A DNA stretch of 64,000 bases from an uncultured Candidatus Rokubacteria bacterium (GTDB lineage Bacteria; Methylomirabilota; Methylomirabilia; Rokubacteriales; CSP1-6), in assembly GCA_963762145.1 (NCBI GenBank), contig CAVXJS010000011.1, forward strand, positions 320,001-384,000, in the 5' to 3' direction. Every line of letters begins with the position of its first letter. Position 1 is the stretch's first letter. This document shows, in pieces, positions 1 through 8,451 of the stretch. The position numbers were made by a program, and so were the translations under genes. Under the pieces are notes generated by a model, which searched no databases, had not been told where the DNA came from, and was given only the letters and a program-made list of their open reading frames with translations.

Positions 1-779
1 CGTCCGTCCTCGGCGGGATTGCCGGACCAGCTCTCCTTGCCGTAGAGCAGGAGCGTCGGGCAGGTGATGCGCGAGTAGAGCAGCGCGATGTCGCGCAGGC
101 GCATGTCGTAGGGCGGGAACACCCGCACGTAGTTGTCGAACTTCCAGCTATACGTCCCGTCCTCGTTCTGGTTCACCCCGTGCACGGTGAGGTGCCGCGC
201 CTGGTCGGCGGACAGATGCGGGTTCTCCTCCTGCATGCGGCGGAAGGCATCCTCGATCGAGGGATAGCGCCGCGGCAGGCGGCCCGCCAGGTTGCGCTGC
301 TCGCGGATCCACTCGTCCATCCGCTGCGCGATCGTCTTGGTCGAGCGCTCGGCGAGCTTTCGCGGCGAGGGGCCGACCCCCTCGATCGATACCAGCCGGG
401 CGACCGTCTCCGGGTAAATACCGGCATAGCGAAGCGCAATATTGCCGCCCAGCGAGTGGGCCACGATCGTGACCGGGGCCAGCCGCTGGCCGTGGATGAG
501 CTGGGCCAGGTCGTAGATGTAGCCGGCCATCGTGTAGCTGCCGTCGGTGGACCACTGGCTGTCGCCGTGGCCACGTAGGTCCGGCGCGATGATGTGCCAG
601 TCGCGACGGAGCGCCGCCGCGGTCCAGTCCCAGTTGCGGCAGTGATCCCGCCCGCCGTGCAGCAGCAGGAGCGGCGGCTTGTCGGGATTGCCCCAGTCGA
701 CATAGTGCAGGCGGAGGCGCTGGGAGAAGAAGGTGTGCGACGCGGGGCCCGGCATGCTGTCGGTCATGGCGTCGGTCAC
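1..779 (-). CDS. Alpha/beta-fold hydrolase, 3' end outside the window
   Basis: Manual translation: RLHYVDWGNPDKPPLLLLHGGRDH...APDLRGHGDS...VAHSLGG (nucleophile elbow). Start is GTG 779, overlapping the upstream stop, or ATG 767. Not in the ORF track because it runs off the edge. Confidence 0.88.
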   Translation of the reverse strand, partial: MTDAMTDSMPGPASHTFFSQRLRLHYVDWGNPDKPPLLLLHGGRDHCRNWDWTAAALRRDWHIIAPDLRGHGDSQWSTDGSYTMAGYIYDLAQLIHGQRLAPVTIVAHSLGGNIALRYAGIYPETVARLVSIEGVGPSPRKLAERSTKTIAQRMDEWIREQRNLAGRLPRRYPSIEDAFRRMQEENPHLSADQARHLTVHGVNQNEDGTYSWKFDNYVRVFPPYDMRLRDIALLYSRITCPTLLLYGKESWSGNPAEDG

Positions 780-1840
780 CCGGCCGTTCCCGCTCGGAGA
801 TAGTCCACCGCGCGGCGGTGGCTCTCGAGCAGGCCGTCGAGCCGCGCCGGCTCGCCGCGGCCCCAGCCGCACTCGGTGGCCACGCCGAAGCCGCCGCCCA
901 CCGCGGCGCGCGCGGTATCCATGCGCCGCCGGTCGCCGTCGGCGTCGTCGTGATGGATGAGCCCCAGATAGAGGCGCGCGCCCTCGGGCAGGCGCAGCCC
1001 GCGCAGGGGCGCGAAGTACGCGGCGTCGTCGCGCTCGCGCGGCACCGGCAGGTGGATGAAGCCGAGCGGGCGCCGCACCGTGGTGACGATCGCGCGGGTG
1101 AGCTCGGCCAGCACGCCCGCGTCGGTCGGCATCACCAGATGCTGGTCGGCCGGGCTGCCGTAGCAGAGGTGATAGCCGAGCTCGACGTCGGCGGGCACCG
1201 CGGCCCCGAGGCGCTCGAGCAGGGCGAAGATCCGCGCCTTGTAGTCGGCGGGGCGGGACGGGAAGTAGTTCTCGAACACCAGCACCTCCTGGCAGATGTC
1301 CCACTGGATGCTGAGCTCGGCGTGGGGGATGGCGGCGCTGATGTCGGCCAGGGCCCGGAGCAGCGAGCGCTCGTAGACCCGCAGGTAGTCGTCGTGCGCG
1401 CGCGGGCTCACGTACATGTACGCGCTCGACATCGCGGTGGGCAGGCAGACCTGGAAGCGCAGCCCCGGCGGCACGACGCCGTCGCGCCGCAGCCGGGTGA
1501 AGACGGCCCAGGACTCGCGCGCGGCCTCCGCGTACCCGGTCGGGAACGCGACGGAGTCGGGATCCACGCCGGGCCGGAAGCGCAGGAGATCGGTGCGGCG
1601 CAGCAGGGAGCCGTCCCACTGCCGCAGCTCGAGCAGCCCCGCGTCCGCGTCCACCTCCATCGCGGGATGGCGCTCGAGCATCGTGCGCTGCCAGTAGATC
1701 CAGCGCCGGCGCTCCCCGGTCTCGCCGTCCGGCATGCGGGAGAGCACGGGACCGAGCGATGCCGCGAGGCGGCGGAAGACGTCCTCGGTGGTGGGGAGCG
1801 GGACGCTGCCGATGAGGTGTGCGAGCCCCGCCGTGCTCAT
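776..1840 (-). CDS. Cobalamin-independent methionine synthase catalytic-domain-like (MetE/UROD fold) protein
   Basis: AHLIGSVP N-terminus, PDGETGER, HLCYG and TECGWG Zn-ligand-like motifs. ATG 1840 overlaps the upstream TGA (ATGA). Confidence 0.75.
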   Translation of the reverse strand: MSTAGLAHLIGSVPLPTTEDVFRRLAASLGPVLSRMPDGETGERRRWIYWQRTMLERHPAMEVDADAGLLELRQWDGSLLRRTDLLRFRPGVDPDSVAFPTGYAEAARESWAVFTRLRRDGVVPPGLRFQVCLPTAMSSAYMYVSPRAHDDYLRVYERSLLRALADISAAIPHAELSIQWDICQEVLVFENYFPSRPADYKARIFALLERLGAAVPADVELGYHLCYGSPADQHLVMPTDAGVLAELTRAIVTTVRRPLGFIHLPVPRERDDAAYFAPLRGLRLPEGARLYLGLIHHDDADGDRRRMDTARAAVGGGFGVATECGWGRGEPARLDGLLESHRRAVDYLRAGTAG

Positions 1841-2517
1841 CGGACCAGGGCTCCGTGGTCGAGCAGGGCCACTCGATCCGCCACCGCCTCCGCGACGACC
1901 GGGTCCCGCTCGGTCAGCACGACCGTGGCCCCGGCCGCGCGCAGCTCGGCGATCAGCGCGCCCACCCCCGGGCGATCTTCCTCGGGCAGCCGGCCGAGCG
2001 GGCCGTCGAGCAGCAGCAGCCGCGGCGCCAGCGCCAGGGCCTGGGCCAGCTCGAGCCGCGCGAGCTCGCCGGCCGAGAGCGCGTCGCGGCGCCGGCGCGC
2101 GATGCCCGTGAGCCCGACGCGCGCGAGCAGCGCGGCGTCGTGCTCGCGGCCCTCCGCCCCGGGCCAGCGGGCCACGACCCCGCTGAGCGGGCCCCACCGA
2201 GGCCAGCGGCGAGCCAGCGTGATCGCCTCCGCGACGGTCAGGGACCAGGGCGGCGTCGAGATCTCGCCGACCCGGACCAAACCCTGCCGGGCGCGCTCGC
2301 GCGGATCCGTTCCCGTGATCTCGCGGCCGTCGTAGATCAGGCGCCCGGACTCGAACGGCAGCGAGCCGGTGAGGCAGCGCAGGCCGACGGTCTTGCCGGC
2401 CCCGGCGGGGCCGCAGAGCGCGAAGATCTCGCCCTCCTCCACCGTGAACGAGAGCGCGTCCAGCGCCGCGACACCGCCCACGCGGCAGGTGAGCCCGACG
2501 ACCTCGAGTATTCTCAT
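1837..2517 (-). CDS. LivG-like ABC ATP-binding protein with degenerate catalytic motifs
   Basis: Walker A GPAGAGKT, signature-like LSAGE, Walker B LLLLDG (Glu replaced by Gly), no H-loop His. Confidence 0.75.
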   Translation of the reverse strand: MRILEVVGLTCRVGGVAALDALSFTVEEGEIFALCGPAGAGKTVGLRCLTGSLPFESGRLIYDGREITGTDPRERARQGLVRVGEISTPPWSLTVAEAITLARRWPRWGPLSGVVARWPGAEGREHDAALLARVGLTGIARRRRDALSAGELARLELAQALALAPRLLLLDGPLGRLPEEDRPGVGALIAELRAAGATVVLTERDPVVAEAVADRVALLDHGALVR

Positions 2518-2729
2518 GCGAGTCGCCAGTCTGCGGTCAGGGCGCGCACGGCAGCATCTTAGCGGAAAATTCCGGGGGTGCTAGCCTCGTTCTAGCGGGT
2601 TCACCGCGGTCATCCAACTCATCATCAAGCACCAGTTCCCGGTGAGCATGTCGACGAAGCCCGACTTCTCGGACTACGTCAACGACAAGGGCGTCTCCCG
2701 CCCCCAGCCCCGCTAGCTGTCCCTCCCGC

Positions 2730-3288
2730 TCAGCGAGCGCCGAGCTGCCGCACGAGGTCGGCCACGCGGCTCGTCAGGGCGTCGTCGTCGGGCAGGTCGC
2801 CCTCGGGTGTCACCCGATCGATGACCTCCGGCAGGAGCTCGGACAGGCCGCGGGAAGTATCCTCCTGGCTGAGGCCGGCCTGGCGGGAGATCTGCTCGAG
2901 ACCGTCCGGCCCGAAGATCTGCGACATCGCATCCGCCGGGATCGGCTTGTTCGCGCCACGGCCCACCCACGAATCGGCCTGCTCGCCGAAGCCCGCGCCC
3001 TGGAGCTGCGCGAGAATGCCCCCGAGTCCTCCCGCCGAGCTCCCGCCTCCGGCGGCTCCGAGCACCTGACCGAGGAGATCGCCGAGGCCCCCCGCCGCTG
3101 CTCATCTGGCCGGGCATGCCCCGCTGGGATCCACGGTTCGACAGCATCGCGAGCACGACCGGCAACATCGCCACGAGCACGCTGCTCGTGTTCGTGGCGC
3201 CTCCGGCCGGCCGCCGCGAGGGCGCCTGCGGTGACTGGTTGCCCATCTGTCCCGCGAGTCCACCGAGCAGATCGTCGAGAAGTCCCAT
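2730..3288 (-). CDS. YidB/DUF937 family protein (one frameshift near 3080)
   Basis: MGLLDDLLGGLAG start after GGAGG; C-terminal part GGLGGILAQLQGAGFGEQADSWVGRGANKPI...LSELLPEVIDRVTPEG in a second frame. Confidence 0.85.
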
Positions 3289-3303
3289 GGATGCCTCCTC
3301 TGG

Positions 3304-4619
3304 TCAGTACCGGTTTGCGATCGGCAGCTCGTCGGCCGGGAAGAGGGTGATGATCTGGGCGCCCTTCGGTGTGACGATCACCTCCTCCTCGATGCGCGCC
3401 GCCGAGGTGCCGTCGGTGGCCGGGCAGTAGGTCTCGACCGCGAAGACCATGACCGACCTCGAGCTCCATCGGGTCGTCGAACGAGTTGAGCCGCGAGATG
3501 ATCGGTCGCTCGTGCAGGCCGAGCCCCAGCCCGTGGCAGAAGTTCAGCCCGAAGGCGGCCATCTCGCTCTCGAATCCGATGTCCTGCGCGCGCGGGAAGG
3601 CGCGCGCGATGCGATCGGTGCCGACCCCCGGCTTGATGAGGGCGATGGCCCCGTCCATCCACTCGCGGGCGCGCTTGTAGGCGGTCTGACTGCGGCGCGG
3701 TCGCGCGCCCCACGCTGAACGTGCGGTAGTAGCAGGTGCGGTAGCCCACGTAAGACTGGATGATGTCGAAGAAGGCCTGGTCGCCCGGGCGGATGATCCG
3801 GTCGGTGAAGTTGTGCGGGTGCGGGGAGCAGCGCTCGCCGGAGATCGCGTTGATGGCCTCCACGCAGTCCGAGCCCATCTCGTAGAGCCGCTTGTTGGCC
3901 AGCGCCACGATGTCGTTCTCGCGCACGCCCGGCTTGAGCGCTTCGAAGATGTCCTGGTAGACGCCGTCGCCCATGGCCGCGGCCATGTTGAGCAGGACCA
4001 GCTCGTCCGCGTTCTTGATCACGCGCGCCTCGAGCATCACCTGCTGGCCGTCGCGCACCTGGATGCCCAGCTTCTGGAGCGCGAAGAGGAACGGCGGCTC
4101 GACCACGTCGATGCCGAGCGGCATGCCCGCCACGCCCTCCCGGGTCAGGATGGCCTTGATCTCGCGCGCGGCCGCCTCGAAGAGGCCCGCCTTCGGCGAG
4201 ACGGCGCCGCGCATGCCCACCATGCCGGCCAGGCACTGATTCGGCGGGAGCTGCGGGCGTGGACAGGCGGTGATGCCGCGCCGCCGAGCCGAAATCCCAC
4301 ACCCAGGGCTGCCCGTTTCCGGTGAGCAGGCTCCAGCGGTGAGCTTGTCGCGCGCCCACTCGCCGATCACGGTGCCCGAGATGTAGCGGATGTTGTACTG
4401 GTCGAAGAGGAGCAGGGCGCCCAGGCCCGACTTCGCGAGGGCGCGGCGGGTGCGGCCGAGGCGGTATTCGTGCAGGCGGTGAAAATCCACGCGCTCCTCG
4501 AAATCCACCTGGGTGTGGCCGGGCGCCTGGATCGGCCGATCCCAGCGGTGCTTCGGGTCCACCGCGTCGGTCTTCCGAGCCGGGGCTCTCGTGGCCGGGG
4601 CCGCTGCCTTGCGCGCCAT
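3304..4619 (-). CDS. M24 (Xaa-Pro peptidase/creatinase) family protein (several frameshifts)
   Basis: VDFEERVDFHRL...FDQYNIRY N-domain; ARVIKNADE, HGLGLGLHERP, ET and RIEEEV motifs across frames; RBS GAGGAGG before ATG 4619. Confidence 0.85.
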
Positions 4620-4698
4620 CTCCACCTCCTCGGGTTCGTGGTGAGCGTCGCGTCTCTCCTACCACATACCGTGTGGGTGCGATAGACTCGGCTGCACC

Positions 4699-6465
4699 AT
4701 GACGACGCCGCCCCCGCCCGTCGCCCCCGCCCAGGACGCGATGCCGACCACCAAGGGCCTGAACTATTTCCTGGAGGACCGGAACTTCCAGTTCGTCTGC
4801 GAGTCGGTGATGGGCGCGGGCGTCTACGAGCGGGCCCGGCCGCATCTGACCGACCTCGGGGCGATCGCGGGCGACGAGCTCGACGCGCTGGCCGCGGTGG
4901 CCGATCGCAACCCGCCCGGGCTGCGCGCGTGGGACGAGCGTGGGCGCCGCGTGGACGAGATCGTGCGCCACCCGGCCTATCGCCGCATGGAAGAGATCGC
5001 CTTCTCCCGGTTCGGGCTCGCCGCCATGGCTCACCGTCCGGGCGTGCTGGGCTGGCCGGGCCGCGCGCCGCAGGTGCTCAAGTACGCTCTGTCCTATCTC
5101 TTCGCCCAGGCCGAGTTCGGCCTCCTCTGCCCGGTGAACATGACGGACTCGTGCGCGCGCATGCTCGGCGCCTTCGGCAGCGAGGAGCTCAAGGCGCGCT
5201 ACCTGCCGCATCTGACGTCCACCGAGCCGGACACGCTCTGGCAGGGCACGCAGTGGATGACCGAGCGCACCGGCGGCTCCGACGTCGGCGCCTCCACCAC
5301 GGTGGCCCGGCGCGGCGCCGACGGGCAGTGGCGCCTCTGGGGCGACAAGTGGTTCACCTCGGTGGCCAACGCGGAGCTGGCGCTGACCCTCGCTCGGCCC
5401 GAGGGCGCGCCCGACGGCACGCGCGGGCTCGCGATGTTCCTGGTGCCCAGGCGCCTGCCCGACGGCAGCAAGAACAACTGGACGATCAACCGGTTGAAGG
5501 ACAAGCTCGGCTCGCGCTCGATGGCGACCGGCGAGGTGACCTACGCGGGGGCGGTCGGCTACGTCGTGGGCGAGCTCGACTCGGGCTTCAGGCAGATGAT
5601 GGAGATGGTCAACGGCTCGCGCCTGTCCAACGCGATGCGCGCGGCCGGCATCATGCGGCGGGCCCTGCTCGAGTCGCTGGTGCACGCGCGCCAGCGAGTG
5701 GCGTTCGGGCGCCCGCTGGTGGACCTGCCGCTGCTGCGCAGCAACCTGCTCGGCATGCTGCTCGACGCGGAGGCGGCCGCCTCGGTGATCCTGAACGGCG
5801 CGGCGCTCCTCGACCGGCGCGACGCGGGCGCGACGGACGCGCGGACGCTCACGCGAGTGTGGACGCCGCTCGCCAAGTACTGGATCACGCTGCGCGCGCG
5901 CGACGTGACCGCGGAGGCCATGAACGTCCGCGGCGGCAACGGGTACGTGGAGGAGTGGGTGAACCCGCGGCTGCTGCGGGACGCCTACCTCGGTGCGATC
6001 TGGGAGGGCTCGGCCAACGTGGTCGCGCTCGACGTGCAGCGGGCGATCCTCAAGGACCGCGGGCTCGAGGCGCTGGCCGTCTTCATGGCCGAGCGACTCG
6101 GGCGCGTGTCCGAGCCGGCCGCGAAGCCGCTGGTGGACCTGGTGAAGGCGAGCCTCGAAGCGGTGACCCGGCAGGTGGCGACCTGGGCCGGGGTGTCCGC
6201 GGCGGAGCGCGAGCTGGCCGCGCGGCCGGTGGCGGACACGCTCTACCACCTGCTCGCGGGCTCGCTTCTCCTCGCCGAGGGGCAGCTCCTGCGCGAGCAG
6301 GGCGGGAGCTACCGCAAGCTGCTCGCGGCGGGCCTCTACCTCAAGCGCTGGCTCGAGCTGCGCAGCCCCGCGAGCCCGCCGTTCACCGCGCGGCAGATCG
6401 AGTGGCTCGAGCCCCTCGCGGACTGGCGCCCGATCGCCGCCGCTGCGCTCGCCGACGTGGACTAG
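4699..6465 (+). CDS. Acyl-CoA dehydrogenase, AidB-like
   Basis: QWMTERTGGSDV, GDKWFTS, RLKDKLGSRS, RVAFGRPL, RGGNGYVEE, IWEGSANV motifs. Confidence 0.92.
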   Translation: MTTPPPPVAPAQDAMPTTKGLNYFLEDRNFQFVCESVMGAGVYERARPHLTDLGAIAGDELDALAAVADRNPPGLRAWDERGRRVDEIVRHPAYRRMEEIAFSRFGLAAMAHRPGVLGWPGRAPQVLKYALSYLFAQAEFGLLCPVNMTDSCARMLGAFGSEELKARYLPHLTSTEPDTLWQGTQWMTERTGGSDVGASTTVARRGADGQWRLWGDKWFTSVANAELALTLARPEGAPDGTRGLAMFLVPRRLPDGSKNNWTINRLKDKLGSRSMATGEVTYAGAVGYVVGELDSGFRQMMEMVNGSRLSNAMRAAGIMRRALLESLVHARQRVAFGRPLVDLPLLRSNLLGMLLDAEAAASVILNGAALLDRRDAGATDARTLTRVWTPLAKYWITLRARDVTAEAMNVRGGNGYVEEWVNPRLLRDAYLGAIWEGSANVVALDVQRAILKDRGLEALAVFMAERLGRVSEPAAKPLVDLVKASLEAVTRQVATWAGVSAAERELAARPVADTLYHLLAGSLLLAEGQLLREQGGSYRKLLAAGLYLKRWLELRSPASPPFTARQIEWLEPLADWRPIAAAALADVD

Positions 6466-6472
6466 AGGAGCC

Positions 6473-8413
6473 ATGGACGTCACCGAGATCATCTGGCGGC
6501 CCGACCCCGAGGCGGCCGCGCGCACCCGCATGGGCCGCTTCATGAGGCAGCACGGCCTCGCGACCCTGGAAGACCTGCAGCGCCGCTCGATCGCGGACCC
6601 CGAATGGTACTGGGACGCGGTCTCGCGCGACCTGGGCCTGCACTGGTTCACACCCTACCGGCGCGTGCTCGACGAGTCCCAGGGCATCGCCTGGCCGCGC
6701 TGGTTCGAGGGCGGGCGGCTCAACCTGGCCGACAGCTGCGTCGACCGGCACGTCGCGGCGGGCCGCGGCGGCAAGCCCGCGGTGATCGCCGAGGCCGAGG
6801 ACGGGACGGTCCGCACGCTGACCTACGCGGAGCTGGGCGGGGAGATCAACCGGCTGGCCAACGCGCTCAAGCGCCTCGGGATCCGCCCGGGCGACACGGT
6901 CGGGATCTTCCTGCCCATGTGCGCGGAGGCGGTGATCGCCACGCTCGCGGTGGCGCGCATCGGCGCGGTGTACACGCCGTGCTTCTCGGGCTACGGCGCA
7001 CAGGCGGTGGCCTCGCGCCTCGACGGCTGCGGCGCGCGCGTGCTCATTACCGCGGATGCCTTCGCGCGCCGCGGGCAGGCGATCCCGCTCAAGCGCACCG
7101 CGGACGACGCGGTGAGCGCCTCGCCGACCATGGAGCACGTCATCGTCTACCGCCGGGGCAACGGCGACGTGCCGTGGAAGGACGGCCGCGACCTCTGGTG
7201 GCACGACCTGGTGGCGAAGGAGTCCACCGAGTGCCCGGCGCTCCCGGTCGAGGCCGATCACCCGTGTCTCATCATCTACACCTCGGGCACCACCGGGCGC
7301 CCCAAGGGCACCGTGCTCACCCACGGCGGCTTCTCGATCAAGAACGCGCACGACTTCGCGTATCTCTTCGATCTCGGCGAGTCCGACCGGCTCTTCTGGG
7401 TGACCGACCTGGGCTGGCTCATGGGCCCGATGCTCATCGGCGGGGCGCTGCTGACCGGCGGCACCGCGGTGCTCTTCGAGGGCACGCCCGACTACCCGAA
7501 GCCGGACCGGCTCTGGTCGGTGCTCGAGCGCCACCGGGTCACCGTGCTCGGCATCTCGCCCACCGCGGTGCGGGCGCTCATGCCGCACGGCGCGGAGTGG
7601 GTCACGCGCCACGATCTCTCCTCGCTCAAGCTGATGGCGTCGACCGGCGAGCCGTGGAATCCCGAGCCCTATCGCTGGCTCTTCGAGACGGCGGGGAAGG
7701 GCAAGCTGCCGATCATCAACTACACCGGCGGCACCGAGATCTCGGGTGGCATCCTCTCGTGCTTCCCGATCGCGCCGATCAAGCCTTGCTCGTTCGCGGG
7801 GCCGATTCCGGGCATGGCCGCCGACGTGTACGACGAGGAAGGCCGGCCGGTGCGCGGCCAGGTGGGTGAGCTCGTGGTCACGCGCCCGTGGCCCGGGATG
7901 ACCGCGGGCTTCTGGAAGGACCGCGAGCGCTATCTCGAGACCTACTGGTCGCGCTGGCCCGACGTCTGGGTGCACGGCGACTGGGCCTACGTGGACGACG
8001 ACGGCTTCTGGTTCATCCAGGGCCGCTCGGACGACACGCTCAAGATCGCGGGCAAGCGGGTGGGACCGGCCGAGGTGGAATCGGTGCTGGTCGGCCATCC
8101 GGCGGTGGCCGAGGCGGCGGCCATCGGCGTGCCGCACGAGATCAAGGGCGAGAGCGTGGTGTGCTTCGCGGTCCTGCGTCCCGACCGGCAGCCGTCCGAG
8201 ACGCTCCGCGCCGAGCTCGTGGAAGAAGTGGTGCGCTCGATGGGGAAGGCGATCCGCCCCGAGCGCGTGCTCTTCGCGCGCGAGCTGCCCAAGACCCGAA
8301 GCGCCAAGATCATGCGCCGGGTGGTGCGCGCGACCTACCTCGGCCGAGACCCCGGCGATCTCTCCTCGCTCGACAACCCGGGCGGGGTCAAGGCGATCAG
8401 CGACGCCCAGTAA
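6473..8413 (+). CDS. Acetate/short-chain acyl-CoA synthetase (AMP-forming)
   Basis: YTSGTTGRPKG AMP-binding loop, GRSDDTLKIAGKRVG, LPKTRSAKIMRR; RBS GAGGAG. Confidence 0.93.
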   Translation: MDVTEIIWRPDPEAAARTRMGRFMRQHGLATLEDLQRRSIADPEWYWDAVSRDLGLHWFTPYRRVLDESQGIAWPRWFEGGRLNLADSCVDRHVAAGRGGKPAVIAEAEDGTVRTLTYAELGGEINRLANALKRLGIRPGDTVGIFLPMCAEAVIATLAVARIGAVYTPCFSGYGAQAVASRLDGCGARVLITADAFARRGQAIPLKRTADDAVSASPTMEHVIVYRRGNGDVPWKDGRDLWWHDLVAKESTECPALPVEADHPCLIIYTSGTTGRPKGTVLTHGGFSIKNAHDFAYLFDLGESDRLFWVTDLGWLMGPMLIGGALLTGGTAVLFEGTPDYPKPDRLWSVLERHRVTVLGISPTAVRALMPHGAEWVTRHDLSSLKLMASTGEPWNPEPYRWLFETAGKGKLPIINYTGGTEISGGILSCFPIAPIKPCSFAGPIPGMAADVYDEEGRPVRGQVGELVVTRPWPGMTAGFWKDRERYLETYWSRWPDVWVHGDWAYVDDDGFWFIQGRSDDTLKIAGKRVGPAEVESVLVGHPAVAEAAAIGVPHEIKGESVVCFAVLRPDRQPSETLRAELVEEVVRSMGKAIRPERVLFARELPKTRSAKIMRRVVRATYLGRDPGDLSSLDNPGGVKAISDAQ

Positions 8414-8414
8414 C

Positions 8415-8450
8415 CCGCCCCGCTCAGGCGAGAGGGCAGGCTAGGGGCGG
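8415..8450. repeat. Degenerate REP-like hairpin between convergent genes
   Basis: CCGCCCC...GGGGCGG arms enclosing GAGAGGGCAGG, similar to the palindromes at 33273, 42578 and 43597. Confidence 0.4.
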
Positions 8451-8451
8451 C

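Noticed and set aside
3544-6651. Very long antisense and alternative-frame ORFs (for example 1035 aa here, 7888-10467, 46149-48308, 54229-56703)
   Set aside because: Arg/Ala/Pro/Gly-rich shadows of real genes, expected at this GC content; no recognisable motifs.
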